Source: a virus | Reading direction: 5' to 3' (one strand) | Length of the DNA: 64,000 bases | IMG/VR virus record: IMGVR_UViG_3300044673_000097 | Span: 1-64,000 of that record | Shown: positions 9,396 through 19,234 of the stretch, piece by piece | How positions within the stretch are numbered: the first letter of the stretch is position 1 | How the letters are laid out: each line of letters starts with the position of its first letter | Translations under genes and position numbers: made by a program | Notes under the pieces: model-generated | What the model was told of the DNA's origin: nothing | The model's database searches: none | The model's input: the letters and a program-made list of their open reading frames with translations, nothing else

Positions 9396-11497
9396 CACGA
9401 CCTCATGGCGAGCACGGTCCAGCCCGCACCCGCGCCCGAGATTGTGCCCGCGCCACCACCACCGACCGACGCGGCAATCGATGTCCCGGCACCTTCGTGC
9501 ATCGGGTAGATCGCCGTCGCGGGGAGCGTGGGAGACGCAGGCGTGGCGTCGTAGTAATCCGCCATCACGTCGAGGTCGCTTGCGGCGTACCCCGCGGCGA
9601 AGTGCAACTCGCACGCGCGCCCGCGGAATGCGGGGCGTGATTGCGCCGCGCCGACGAGCACACCAAGCGCCGTCGCGAAGTTCCACGCAGCCGTTGCCTC
9701 GCCACCGAATTGCCCGTTGACGTAGATCCGTGCCTTCGAAGTGCTGGCGTCGAGCACGAGCATGACCCGATGCCACGCCCCGGCGACAAGCCGCAATGGG
9801 AGCGAGAAGGTGGAATTGGCGTCGTGCACGCAGACGATCGCCGTGCCGAGCGTGCCCGATTGCGCAATCAGGATCCCGTCGGCGTACGGGTCTCCGGCCT
9901 GCATGATCGGTCGGAATGCCGCGGGCGCAGGATCGTCGAGACTGTCGACGTAGACCCATGCCGCGAGCGTGAGCGAACCCGAGCCGGCGGGGATCACCGT
10001 GGCGTGAGCGGGAATCGACACGCCGTCGGCATCCTGCGTCAGCCGCAAGATCCGATTCTCGGCGGTCGCTGCGAAGGCACGCGGAATCACCTTGCCGTTG
10101 TACGAGCCGAAGTATTGTGTCAGCACGGCGAGCCATGCGGCGGTGAGCTTGACGTAACCGGCGTTGCTCGGGTGCACGCCGTCTGCGTCGAGGTCGCCAT
10201 TGACGAGCGAGCCGCCACAATTGACGTACGTGCAACCCTTCGACGCACAGAGCGCCGCAAGGCCCGCATTGAACCCGACCCGAATGACTTCGCGCGCGGC
10301 CCTCGTCGGCACGTCATCGGCCGCCGCATTCCAGGGCGTGATCGTCGATGGGAAGATTCGCTCGGGCCTCATGCCCGCAGCAATGATCGCGTCGAGCTGC
10401 GTGCCCATGAGCGCGAGCATCGCGTTGGCCGTCTGCCCCACAACCGGCACATCGTTCGTGCCAGCCTGCAAGAAGATCGCATCGGGCGCGCCGTTCGCGG
10501 TGATGTAGTCGACGACCTTGCCGCCGATGTATTCGATCGTGCGGCCGGAGTGGCCTTCGTGCGACCAATCGCCGAGCGTGTAATCACCAAACTGCGCATA
10601 GCCGAGCGACTGCGACCCGACGTAATCGAGGCACAGCCCGTGACGTGCGAGCGCAGAGCCCCACAGCCCCGTGCGATACCCGCCCGTGTTGCCGCCGACG
10701 GTGATCGAATCGCCAGCGGGCATGAGCCGGATCCGACGGAATGGCCTGCGCCACGCCGTCAGCATGTAGTGCGTCAGCTTGGAGACCTCGGCATCGGTCG
10801 CGTAGTGCGCGGCGATCCCGATCTCGGGCAGCAATCCCTGCGCGGTGAATCCCGCCCCACCGAATGCGAGCGTCCCCCAGGACAGGCCGAACGTGGCGGG
10901 GTCGCCCGACGGTGCGCCAACGTACGCGGCGGCGATGACCGAGACGCCGTCCACGAAGACCTGCACCTGATTGGTGACGCCGGCGGTCTTCGTCCGAACC
11001 ACGATCGCGTGCGGGACGTTGTCCTTGAGCACGCCCGCGGCTGACGTGGCGTCGACCATCATGACGCCCGAGCCATTGCCGATCGTCAGATGGATCGCCT
11101 TGGTCGCGGTCACCGACAGGTCGAAGCCGATCCGGTTGTTCGCGAGCCGCTGCGTCGAGGCAATCCACGCCTCGGCGGTCGATGTCTCGGCGGCGTACAC
11201 GATCCACAGCGTGCCGCCCGTGCCGTCGTGCATGCACTGGTATGCCGCCGCGGCACCACCGAACACGAGCTGCTGCGTCGTGCCGCCGGAATAGCGTCCA
11301 GCCGTGGCCCCGTTGCATTCGGTCGCGACTGCGCCCACGGCATCGGCGAAGGTTGCGCCCGCCGTTCCGCGCGACGGCACCGACACGATCGCGCCGCCAG
11401 AGATCGTGGGCGTGTCATTCGTGCGCGACCAGATTCGGACATCGGTCCAGCGCGACGGCGACCAGGGCCGCTTGTGCTGTCGTCGAGTCGGGGTCAT
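9395..11497 (-). CDS. LamG-SGNH hydrolase-LamG virion protein (candidate head-spike fibre)
   Basis: GDSIT, GTND and DGVHP SGNH blocks; LamG-like WHRVMLVLD...IYVNG. Confidence 0.8.
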   Translation of the reverse strand: MTPTRRQHKRPWSPSRWTDVRIWSRTNDTPTISGGAIVSVPSRGTAGATFADAVGAVATECNGATAGRYSGGTTQQLVFGGAAAAYQCMHDGTGGTLWIVYAAETSTAEAWIASTQRLANNRIGFDLSVTATKAIHLTIGNGSGVMMVDATSAAGVLKDNVPHAIVVRTKTAGVTNQVQVFVDGVSVIAAAYVGAPSGDPATFGLSWGTLAFGGAGFTAQGLLPEIGIAAHYATDAEVSKLTHYMLTAWRRPFRRIRLMPAGDSITVGGNTGGYRTGLWGSALARHGLCLDYVGSQSLGYAQFGDYTLGDWSHEGHSGRTIEYIGGKVVDYITANGAPDAIFLQAGTNDVPVVGQTANAMLALMGTQLDAIIAAGMRPERIFPSTITPWNAAADDVPTRAAREVIRVGFNAGLAALCASKGCTYVNCGGSLVNGDLDADGVHPSNAGYVKLTAAWLAVLTQYFGSYNGKVIPRAFAATAENRILRLTQDADGVSIPAHATVIPAGSGSLTLAAWVYVDSLDDPAPAAFRPIMQAGDPYADGILIAQSGTLGTAIVCVHDANSTFSLPLRLVAGAWHRVMLVLDASTSKARIYVNGQFGGEATAAWNFATALGVLVGAAQSRPAFRGRACELHFAAGYAASDLDVMADYYDATPASPTLPATAIYPMHEGAGTSIAASVGGGGAGTISGAGAGWTVLAMRS

Positions 11498-11853
11498 CGC
11501 GCACCCGAGATGCCCGTCGCGGTCGTGGCGGCCATGACCTTCCGAATGTCGAGGAACGTGATCTTCTCGCCAGCGTCGACCGGAATCGTCACGACGTTGG
11601 CCGTATCCCCGGCGAGCATCAGGGCGAGATTGCCAGCGCCCGTGACCCAAATCGCACGCAGCGGCGGGTCGTAGACGGTGGCATCCGACTTCGTGATCGT
11701 GCCGTCGGCCGTCGGGGTCGAGGTGATTCCAGACGGCATCACCTGCGCACGTCCCGCGGCATCCTTGCCCACCATGACGACGGGCTGCGAGTTGTTGGCG
11801 TTGAGCGTCGGAAGGTCTGCGGTCATGGATTGCATGTCAGCGACGAACGTCAT
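11494..11853 (-). CDS. head spike base protein (RcGTA Rcc01079-like)
   Basis: ITKSDAT...RAIWVTGAGNL...AG...IRKVMAATTATGI pattern. Confidence 0.75.
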   Translation of the reverse strand: MTFVADMQSMTADLPTLNANNSQPVVMVGKDAAGRAQVMPSGITSTPTADGTITKSDATVYDPPLRAIWVTGAGNLALMLAGDTANVVTIPVDAGEKITFLDIRKVMAATTATGISGAR

Positions 11854-11902
11854 GGTTCGGTTCTCCTGTAATCGTTTGACTCGGGCGCGAATGAACGGCG
11901 GT

Positions 11903-13171
11903 TCACGCGATCTCCCTGGGTGCTTCGTTTTCGTAATAGGCCGACCGCTCGACAGCCACGCGCCGAAGGGTTCCGTGCTCGGTCGTCTCCCATGAGATCA
12001 GGGTTCCGCCGATCGACGGTGCGCCACCGAGCGACTTCGAGAATGCCGACCCCCCACCCTGGAACGTGCCGCATGCGAGCGCATGCACGCCGCGCTGCTC
12101 AAGGTACACACTCGTGTGCCAATGGCCCGCCAACAATAGGTCGGGCTTTCGACCGACAGACGTGTCGCGAATCTTGTTCTGCAATCTGTACGACAGCGAA
12201 TAGGCGGCGCTCGTCTGCCGCGGGTGCCAGAGCTCGATCCGCACGCCGCCGAGCCGGAGCATTGCCCCGCGTGGCCCGACGTACTCCAGATCGGTTCGGC
12301 CTTCGCTGCGGAATCGATCGACGATTGCGCGCCCGGTATCCATGCCCGTCGACTTCGTGAAGGTCTCGTCATGGTTTCCAGAGATCGCGACGTATCGCAA
12401 TCCGTCGAGCCGGGGCAGCGTTTCGATCGCGTCGTCGATCTGCTTGTCGAGCCCGTGGTGGGATAGTTCCCATCGGCCGTGATCGTAGCAGCCGTCGAGA
12501 ATGTCGCCCGCATGCAGCACGTGCCGAGCCCCGCGCGAATAGGCGTATTCGATGAACTCGCGCAATTGCTCGCGCAAGCAGTAGCTCGAGCCGAAGTGCG
12601 TGTCGCTGATGACCGCGATGATCTGCCGCCCGCCAACGGTCGGGGCCACGCCCACGTCTTGCGCCGCGTCGAGGTTCGGCTCCGGCTCTTTCCAGCCGAT
12701 TGCGTTCCCCGCAACGTTGACGTGATAGCCCTTCGACTGCGCGTCATCTACTAGATGACGGACCCGCGAGGGGGGCATGTCGAGCGCGTCGCACAGGTCG
12801 GAGAATTGCACCGTGCGCTTCTGCGTCAGCTTGATCAGCCTTGCGATCTCGCCCACGCAATCAGCATCGCCAGCGCTGACAGGGTGTCCCACAGCGACGG
12901 CCGGTCGCACAGCAGGATTGGATACCGCAGACCAGACGGTGGTGCTCGCGTGCCCGAGGTATCCGACGATTGGGGCGCCGTCTCGTCGCAGGTCTGAGAG
13001 CGCCTCCCCGACATGCTTCGGCGAGATCTCGTCGTCGCCGATGTTCCGAATGCGGCAGACCTCGGCGGCAAGTGCGGGCGCTTCACCACGGGCAATCGCC
13101 TCCATGATCTTGGCGGCAGTCACGCCGCGGGTGCCACGCGTCATGCGCGCGAGTTCGTCGACGAATTGCAA
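11903..13171 (-). CDS. calcineurin-like metallophosphoesterase with N-terminal wHTH-like region
   Basis: SDTHFG, GDILDG, SGNHD and AGHWH motifs. Confidence 0.88.
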   Translation of the reverse strand: MQFVDELARMTRGTRGVTAAKIMEAIARGEAPALAAEVCRIRNIGDDEISPKHVGEALSDLRRDGAPIVGYLGHASTTVWSAVSNPAVRPAVAVGHPVSAGDADCVGEIARLIKLTQKRTVQFSDLCDALDMPPSRVRHLVDDAQSKGYHVNVAGNAIGWKEPEPNLDAAQDVGVAPTVGGRQIIAVISDTHFGSSYCLREQLREFIEYAYSRGARHVLHAGDILDGCYDHGRWELSHHGLDKQIDDAIETLPRLDGLRYVAISGNHDETFTKSTGMDTGRAIVDRFRSEGRTDLEYVGPRGAMLRLGGVRIELWHPRQTSAAYSLSYRLQNKIRDTSVGRKPDLLLAGHWHTSVYLEQRGVHALACGTFQGGGSAFSKSLGGAPSIGGTLISWETTEHGTLRRVAVERSAYYENEAPREIA

Positions 13172-13180
13172 GGTGCCTCC

Positions 13181-13633
13181 TCAATCGTCTTCCGCGTCGG
13201 ATTCGGCGTCGGCCTGCTTGTTCGCAAGCCACTGGTCGCGACCGTATCGAATCCACCGCGCGTGCTGTTGAAGCGAGCGCCATCCGTCAGGCAATGGCGG
13301 GAAGTGCATTCCGTTTCGGATCAGGATCGGCATGATGTTCGGCGTCAGAACGGTGACGGCCTTTTCCTCGAACGCCTGCGTCACGCGGCGCTCATAGGTC
13401 ATGCCAAGGTGCATCAGTTCGTGGAGCGTCGTATCGAGCAGATCCTTGCGAGACTGCCCCGCCCACAGGTAGATCGTGCGCTTCTGCCTCACGGTGATCC
13501 CGAGCGTCCGCAGCCCGCGATCGGTGCCCGCGATATCCGGCGTCAGGTCGTCGCTCGTGAGGATGATCGGCCATTCGTTGCCCGCCTCGCAGCGTTCGAC
13601 CCACCACGTCAGCGGCTCCCATATCCTCCCCAT
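13181..13633 (-). CDS. HExxH putative metallopeptidase
   Basis: TTLHELMH...EE. Confidence 0.65.
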   Translation of the reverse strand: MGRIWEPLTWWVERCEAGNEWPIILTSDDLTPDIAGTDRGLRTLGITVRQKRTIYLWAGQSRKDLLDTTLHELMHLGMTYERRVTQAFEEKAVTVLTPNIMPILIRNGMHFPPLPDGWRSLQQHARWIRYGRDQWLANKQADAESDAEDD

Positions 13634-13651
13634 GGTCCCGCTCCTTTGGTG

Positions 13652-13939
13652 TCAGCCGTCGAGCCCGCCGTCCTCTGTGTCGCCCATCGCGGGCATTGGG
13701 ATCGTGTCCCGCAGCTCCTCGCGAATGTCGCCCATGATGTCGTAAACGGCCCGGTCGCGTGATTCCATGCGAGCCTCGCGTCGCAGGTCGCGGGAATCTT
13801 TCGCGGGCTCCCACGGGCCATACACGAGCCGACCGACGCGCAGACCTTCGGCCATGTCCTCGGCGTTGCGCACAATCACCTCGCGCTCGTGATCGTTCAG
13901 ACCTTCGAGGCAATCGAGCAGACGCGATGCGTGCGTCAT
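13652..13939 (-). CDS. small alpha-helical protein, possibly MazG/NTP-pyrophosphatase-like
   Basis: G..VYG...RDLRREARMESRDRAVY acidic helix pattern; function inferred. Confidence 0.45.
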   Translation of the reverse strand: MTHASRLLDCLEGLNDHEREVIVRNAEDMAEGLRVGRLVYGPWEPAKDSRDLRREARMESRDRAVYDIMGDIREELRDTIPMPAMGDTEDGGLDG

Positions 13940-14220
13940 GTCCACTTGTCCTGCATGACGAATCGATGCGTTGCCGAGCCCGTGACGGTGCCGGTTGCCC
14001 GTGCGAAGGCGACCCATTCCCCGGCCGTGTCGTTTTCGAGCGTGGTGACGAGGAGCCGATACGTGCCGAGCGAGACGCGCGTCAGGTCGGCAAGGTCGTA
14101 GTCGCGCACGACGGTCCCGGCATCCTTGACCTGCACGACGACGGTGTCAGGGTCGACGAGCAATCCTGTGACGATGCTGGTGAAGGTGAGCGGGATCGCC
14201 ACCGTGTCGCCGATTCTCAT
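13936..14220 (-). CDS. small beta-rich virion-associated protein
   Basis: MRIGDTV...LVDPDTV...GTY; overlaps at both ends. Confidence 0.6.
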   Translation of the reverse strand: MRIGDTVAIPLTFTSIVTGLLVDPDTVVVQVKDAGTVVRDYDLADLTRVSLGTYRLLVTTLENDTAGEWVAFARATGTVTGSATHRFVMQDKWT

Positions 14221-16289
14221 GCAGCCTCCGCGGTGATCGAGATCGCCAGCGATTCGACGGCGCCGATCACGATGTTGGTGTTGTCCGTGGACGCCGCGCT
14301 GATGCCGATTGCGAGCGCGGGTGATGCGCCGACGGTGATCTGCGCGGTGTCGGTCGATTCGGCCCCGACGGTGATTGCGAGCGCGGGCTGTGCGTCGATG
14401 TCGATCGTGAGCGGGGCTGGTTCGGCGTTCCACGTCGGGGTGAGCGCCGATGCGGACGCAGCCGCCACGATGGCATCGATCGATACGGCCCCGGCTTCGA
14501 GCGTTGGCTCGAGCGCCTCGGGTGAAGCGCCGACGGGATCGATGTCCTTGGTCTGGTCGCTGCCCTGCCCCGTCGTCGGATCGTATGCCGCGGGGTGCGC
14601 CTGAGGTGCCGTGATCGGAATGACCACGCCACCGGGGACCATGCCGGGCGCGAATGCGGAAGGCGTGGCAGATGCCGCCGGGATCGAATGCTCGACGGGA
14701 CCGCCGACGAGCTCGGGCGCATACCCCGCGGGTGCCGCCGTGCCGGGGCCGACATCCTGCGTTTGCTCGCCCTGCGTGATGGTCGGGTCGAGCGCCTGTG
14801 CGGACGACGCCGGGGGGCTGACGGATGCTTCGACGGCCCCTGGTGACGCCGTGGGGGCCCATGCCGCCGGGGATGCGTCGACGACCATGACCGACGCTTC
14901 GAGCGCGCCTGCGGCCATCGTGGGGGCAATGGCGGCCGGTGCCGCCGACCCCGGTGATACGTCGCGCGTCTGCTCCCCCTGCGCGCCGAGCGGGTCGTAT
15001 GCGGCGGGGGAGGCCGATGCCGAGAGAGCATCGCCTGAGATTGCGCCGGGGCTTGCTGTCGGTGTGTACGCCGCCGGGGCTGCCGCGGGCGCGGTCGGTG
15101 ATGTGGATGCCTCGCCAGGCGCCCACGTTGGCACGTACGCGGTCGGGGACGCACCCGGAGGATTCGTGGGCCACGCCCACGCGCCAGGGCTGAGCGTGGG
15201 GGCGTATGCTGCCGCTGTGCTCGTCGGCGCCGTCGTCGACGCTGACACCGCACCCGGGGTGATGGCCGGGTCGAGCGCCGACGGTGCCGCCCCGATCGCC
15301 GTGACGGATTGCTCGACCGCTCCGGGTGATGCCGTGGGCGCGTAGGCTGCGGGCGATGCGGCTCCCGGCGTCACGTCGCGCGTCTGCGTCTGCGTGACGG
15401 ATTCGATGCCGGGATCGGGAGCCGTGGGCGACGCCGCCGCTGCGGTGACGGATTGCTCGACGGCCCCGATCGTGTAGGTCGGATTGTACGCCCCGGCGCT
15501 CGACGATGCGGGTGCGGGTGATGCCGCTACGGCTCCCGCTGTCGTCGTCGGGGTGTATGCGGCGGCCGATGCGGCTGCGGCTGCGGGCGAGGTGTTGACC
15601 GCGCCGATCCCGTTCGTCGGAGAATACGCGGCGGGGGATGCGGCACCGGGAGACGGTGAAGCGGATTGTGCGCCGGGCGTGAAGTCGGTCGTCGCGACGT
15701 AGGCATTGGCCCCGACCGACAAGTGAATGTCGCAAGTCGAGTTGCCGCCGGCGGTCGAAAGCTTGTACTCGATCTGAAGAAAGAGATATTCGTCCGTCAG
15801 CGTCCAGCCGCCAACCGGACACGACGGCGACGCCGCGCATTGCTGCGTTGCTGAGTTCGCGAGGTTGGTGAATCCCGACGTGGTCCCGTACGTCAGGCGC
15901 GTTGCCCCGGCGCCCGTCGGATCCGTGCCACGCCAGAGCGCATAAACGAATGCGCCGCCAGTCGTGGAGGTTGCGCGGGTCTCACCCTGCGCCAACAACG
16001 AAACCGTCCACGACCCGGCGCCGAACGTGCCGCTCAGCTTGTTTTCAGAGCGCCAGCAATCCCCGACCGTGTTGTTGATCGACGACGTGCCGATCGTGGA
16101 GGATGCCGCCCACGTATTCGCCCGCTCGGTGCCGAAGTCTTGGATCTGATATTTGGTGGCAGCCGTCGTGCCGTTGATGATGCCTGTGACCGAACGGGCA
16201 TTTGTCGGAGCCGAACCCCCGTCCTGAAGCGAGCCGTGATTGGACCCCGAGGCCGCAGCGTCCTTCAAATAGAACGTCTTGGTCGCCAT
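14217..16289 (-). CDS. Ala/Pro/Thr repeat-rich fibre-like protein
   Basis: Many approximately 22-aa repeats like ASPAAYAPTASPGAVEQSV. Confidence 0.7.
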   Translation of the reverse strand: MATKTFYLKDAAASGSNHGSLQDGGSAPTNARSVTGIINGTTAATKYQIQDFGTERANTWAASSTIGTSSINNTVGDCWRSENKLSGTFGAGSWTVSLLAQGETRATSTTGGAFVYALWRGTDPTGAGATRLTYGTTSGFTNLANSATQQCAASPSCPVGGWTLTDEYLFLQIEYKLSTAGGNSTCDIHLSVGANAYVATTDFTPGAQSASPSPGAASPAAYSPTNGIGAVNTSPAAAAASAAAYTPTTTAGAVAASPAPASSSAGAYNPTYTIGAVEQSVTAAAASPTAPDPGIESVTQTQTRDVTPGAASPAAYAPTASPGAVEQSVTAIGAAPSALDPAITPGAVSASTTAPTSTAAAYAPTLSPGAWAWPTNPPGASPTAYVPTWAPGEASTSPTAPAAAPAAYTPTASPGAISGDALSASASPAAYDPLGAQGEQTRDVSPGSAAPAAIAPTMAAGALEASVMVVDASPAAWAPTASPGAVEASVSPPASSAQALDPTITQGEQTQDVGPGTAAPAGYAPELVGGPVEHSIPAASATPSAFAPGMVPGGVVIPITAPQAHPAAYDPTTGQGSDQTKDIDPVGASPEALEPTLEAGAVSIDAIVAAASASALTPTWNAEPAPLTIDIDAQPALAITVGAESTDTAQITVGASPALAIGISAASTDNTNIVIGAVESLAISITAEAA

Positions 16290-16320
16290 GGTTCCCTCGG
16301 GGTGCTATTCGCCGCGCCGC

Positions 16321-16746
16321 TCAGATGGTGAAGACTTCGCCCGCCGAGCTGCCGCCATTCCACTTCAGGGTCACGTCGCCGCCGTTCGTGACCAAATCGG
16401 CGGGGTCGAGCACGCCGAGCACGAGCGCAGCGGCATCCGAGACGTTGTACAGATAGACCCAGACCGTGGCGATCGTGCCCGCATTCAAAGCGGTCCACGT
16501 CGTATTGTCGGCGAGCAACTTCGCGCGGTGATTCGTCGCATCCTCGCTCACGGCCTTTCCCGCGAGCTGCTTGCGCACGTAATTGCCGCCGGTGCACTCG
16601 TTCGTCATGCTCGACAGGTACACGCTCCCATCGGTGCTCGGCATCGTCGCCGAGGTCGAGAGCGCTACACGCACGTCGTCGGTCGCCCAATTCAGCAGGG
16701 CGGATGCCGCACGGATCTTGGTGATGGTCTGCATCTGAGAGGCCAT
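16321..16746 (-). CDS. virion structural protein
   Basis: DDVRVAL, GNYVRKQL, TWT and TNGGDVTLKWN pattern typical of small phage fibre-base proteins. Confidence 0.7.
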   Translation of the reverse strand: MASQMQTITKIRAASALLNWATDDVRVALSTSATMPSTDGSVYLSSMTNECTGGNYVRKQLAGKAVSEDATNHRAKLLADNTTWTALNAGTIATVWVYLYNVSDAAALVLGVLDPADLVTNGGDVTLKWNGGSSAGEVFTI

Positions 16747-16799
16747 GAGAATCTCCCCGGCAGCAATGGCCGCCGCGATTGAAGGCTGTGGATGTGGAA

Positions 16800-17057
16800 T
16801 CAGCGACCCGAGGAATCGGGCAGAATTGGCTGTGACGGTCGAAGGATCTTCGCGTGTGGCATGACGCCTGCGCGACGGGCGGCGAGGTCTGCTGCGTCGT
16901 CGATGCTCGCGCCTTGACTCATGCGCGGCTGGTCGTCACCGAAGGAAAACGTCGCGCCTTCGTCGAGCAGGTTGCGAATGGTGATTCGCTCGCCACGCTC
17001 GAACAGTGCACGCACGATGCGCCCGAGTTCGAGATCGGCGCGGTCCTGGTCGTTCAC
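16800..17057 (-). CDS. hypothetical protein
   Basis: GTG start overlapping the upstream stop. Confidence 0.45.
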   Translation of the reverse strand: MNDQDRADLELGRIVRALFERGERITIRNLLDEGATFSFGDDQPRMSQGASIDDAADLAARRAGVMPHAKILRPSQPILPDSSGR

Positions 17058-17422
17058 TTTCGGCCCCCGCACACGATGCGCGAACAACGGCGCACGGCGA
17101 ACACGTCGGAAGCGCCGATGATGCACCACGGGTCGAAGGGCACGAGCTTCGTCGCCATGATGTGCTCACAGGTCGGCTCACAGGTCGGTCCCGCTTCCTC
17201 GCATCCGAGAGCGGCGAGACGGGAGCACGCCCGGCCACAGGAGGTCGCAGGCGCATCGGTCGGGGCCACATCGGGCTGTGAGGCGTCCACGATCGCGGGC
17301 GCGTCAGGAGCCGATTCCGCGGCGGCGTCGGCCTCGACTGGAACCGGCGGCACCGGGGCGGGCGGGATGCACATCGGTGAGCTGACGATGAGCGTGGCGA
17401 GGATCAGGCCGAGCCGGTTCAT
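17054..17422 (-). CDS. secreted Cys-rich protein
   Basis: N-terminal hydrophobic segment, Pro-rich linker, CGRACSRL...C...CEPTC. Confidence 0.6.
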   Translation of the reverse strand: MNRLGLILATLIVSSPMCIPPAPVPPVPVEADAAAESAPDAPAIVDASQPDVAPTDAPATSCGRACSRLAALGCEEAGPTCEPTCEHIMATKLVPFDPWCIIGASDVFAVRRCSRIVCGGRK

Positions 17423-18279
17423 GATGCCCTCCCAACGATCGCGAACGCCTCGTCGATCTGCTTGACGAATTCCTCGGAGCACTCGAAGTCGCCCGAATTG
17501 CCCCAGCCGGTGCCCCAGGAATTGCGCCCGATGAAGATCCGCTTTCCCGTCGCCGGGTCGGTCCGATAGCCGAGGAGCACCATGCAATGGCCTCCGCCGT
17601 CGGGGTCGCGTCGATTCTGCGCGCCGATGACGGTCCCGCCCGTGTACCGCAGGAAGTTGGAATCGATGAGCGTGCCGAACACGATCGGGTGCTTGGCGTC
17701 GAGCGCAAGGCAGTATTCGGTGACCCGCTGCGGACCCGAGCTGACGATCTGGTGCGGCTCGGGCAGAAGGTTGGCGGAGTCGGTTTGGAGCTCGGCGAAG
17801 GTCGGCTCGTCGTTGACGTTGCTCGGCACGCAATCCGAATCGGCGTCGTAGGCGTCACCGCTCACGGGATCGACCGCACGCATCGGCATCGGGCCAATGG
17901 CACGCACTCCCCACTCGCGGGCGTACTGGACCACGGACAGGACTTCGGTTCCGTCGTCGGACAGCGGGGTGGTATTCGGCAGGCCGGCGAGCATTCGATC
18001 GGTGCACCGGGCGCCCGCATACAGATCGCGCGGGGAGCAGGCGACGGTGAGATCGTCGGCGTCGAGGCCGAACAGGCAAGCGCCAGCAGCATCGGCCGCG
18101 GTGGCGATTCCGGTTGCGGCACCATGGCCCACACAAGACCCGCAGGCGTTCTGCGATAAAACACGCGGCGCATGCGATCGCAGGTCGGCCCAGCCGACGG
18201 GCGTCCCGGTGGTGTTGACCGCCGCCGCGAGCAGCTTGCGCGGGATGCGCCCCGAGTCTGGTTTCCATCCGAATCGCAT
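17419..18279 (-). CDS. papain-like (C1) cysteine peptidase
   Basis: QNACGSCVG, GGHCM and RNSWGTGWG motifs. Confidence 0.9.
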   Translation of the reverse strand: MRFGWKPDSGRIPRKLLAAAVNTTGTPVGWADLRSHAPRVLSQNACGSCVGHGAATGIATAADAAGACLFGLDADDLTVACSPRDLYAGARCTDRMLAGLPNTTPLSDDGTEVLSVVQYAREWGVRAIGPMPMRAVDPVSGDAYDADSDCVPSNVNDEPTFAELQTDSANLLPEPHQIVSSGPQRVTEYCLALDAKHPIVFGTLIDSNFLRYTGGTVIGAQNRRDPDGGGHCMVLLGYRTDPATGKRIFIGRNSWGTGWGNSGDFECSEEFVKQIDEAFAIVGRAS

Positions 18280-18281
18280 GG

Positions 18282-18704
18282 TCAGCCTCCGTTCAACTTC
18301 GCGAGCACGAGAGGCTCAGGCACCCTGCGCGAATTCGGCCCGGCGGCGAACAGCGTCGTCAGCGCGATTACGTCCCGAATCAGCGGGCCCGCCGCGCCGA
18401 ACAGCGAGGCAATCGTCGGCGCCGAACACGTTGTGATGGCAGCGGCTTCGAGGTCATACGCCGATCGCGCGATCGCCGTGATCTTGTCGAGGTTCGTCTG
18501 AATCGTCGCGAGCTTGTCCGGGGGCAACGGAAGCGTGGCGATGCGCTGGCGAATGTCGCCGACCCATTGCAGCAGGTCGTCGGTGTAGATCTGCGACGCG
18601 GTGATCGCCGGAATGGCCTTCGCGCATGCGGACTCGAACATCGAGCAGCCGCACGAGAAGACCGACATGACGACGGCGAACAACAATGCGTAGAAGCGAA
18701 TCAT
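18282..18704 (-). CDS. putative lipoprotein
   Basis: Signal peptide with lipobox-like SCGC. Confidence 0.6.
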   Translation of the reverse strand: MIRFYALLFAVVMSVFSCGCSMFESACAKAIPAITASQIYTDDLLQWVGDIRQRIATLPLPPDKLATIQTNLDKITAIARSAYDLEAAAITTCSAPTIASLFGAAGPLIRDVIALTTLFAAGPNSRRVPEPLVLAKLNGG

Positions 18705-19234
18705 GGGTGCCTCGTTTTCAGGTAGACTTCGACGACGGTTGCTGCGGCGACGAGCACGGTGGCGACCGACGCGACGATCTTCGTCATGCGCTCGGCCTTT
18801 GCCTTGGCCGCTTCGGCAGCCTGCTTGTCGGCTTCGGCTTCAGCCTTCGCTCGCTCGGCGTCCTTCATTCGGCGCACGACAATCGGAGCCGGTTGGATGC
18901 GCGTGATCTCGCCCACGTCCGGGCCCCAATCGGGCATCGGAGGCGATGAGATGGGGCGCTCTTGTTCGATTGCCCGCTTGAGCGCGAGCACGGTATTTGT
19001 GTTCTCGATCACGGCCGCGGTGAGGCTGTGGGGCGTCACGGTGCCGTCGTCGCGGATCAGCCCCACCCGATTCGATACGAGCACGGCAGCGGCTTTCGCC
19101 TCGGCGGTTTCGCTCATGAGTCGGCCAAGGCCGTCGTCGAGGATCTCGAACCGGGCATCGATGCGATCGAAACGGTCGCCACGATCGCAGAACGCGCCGC
19201 TGACGGCCTGCGTCCCGCCATTGCCGCCGCTCAT
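18701..19234 (-). CDS. coiled-coil protein with C-terminal TM segment
   Basis: Start re-called at 19234; C-terminal IVASVATVLVAAATVV. Confidence 0.6.
   Translation of the reverse strand: MSGGNGGTQAVSGAFCDRGDRFDRIDARFEILDDGLGRLMSETAEAKAAAVLVSNRVGLIRDDGTVTPHSLTAAVIENTNTVLALKRAIEQERPISSPPMPDWGPDVGEITRIQPAPIVVRRMKDAERAKAEAEADKQAAEAAKAKAERMTKIVASVATVLVAAATVVEVYLKTRHP

Noticed and set aside
11861-11871. Self-target for spacer 53652-53685 (TTA + CAGGAGAA at the spike-base RBS)
   Set aside because: Only 8 nt, SD-like sequence is enriched, and it depends on the repeat boundary; worth rechecking only if the seed proves very short.
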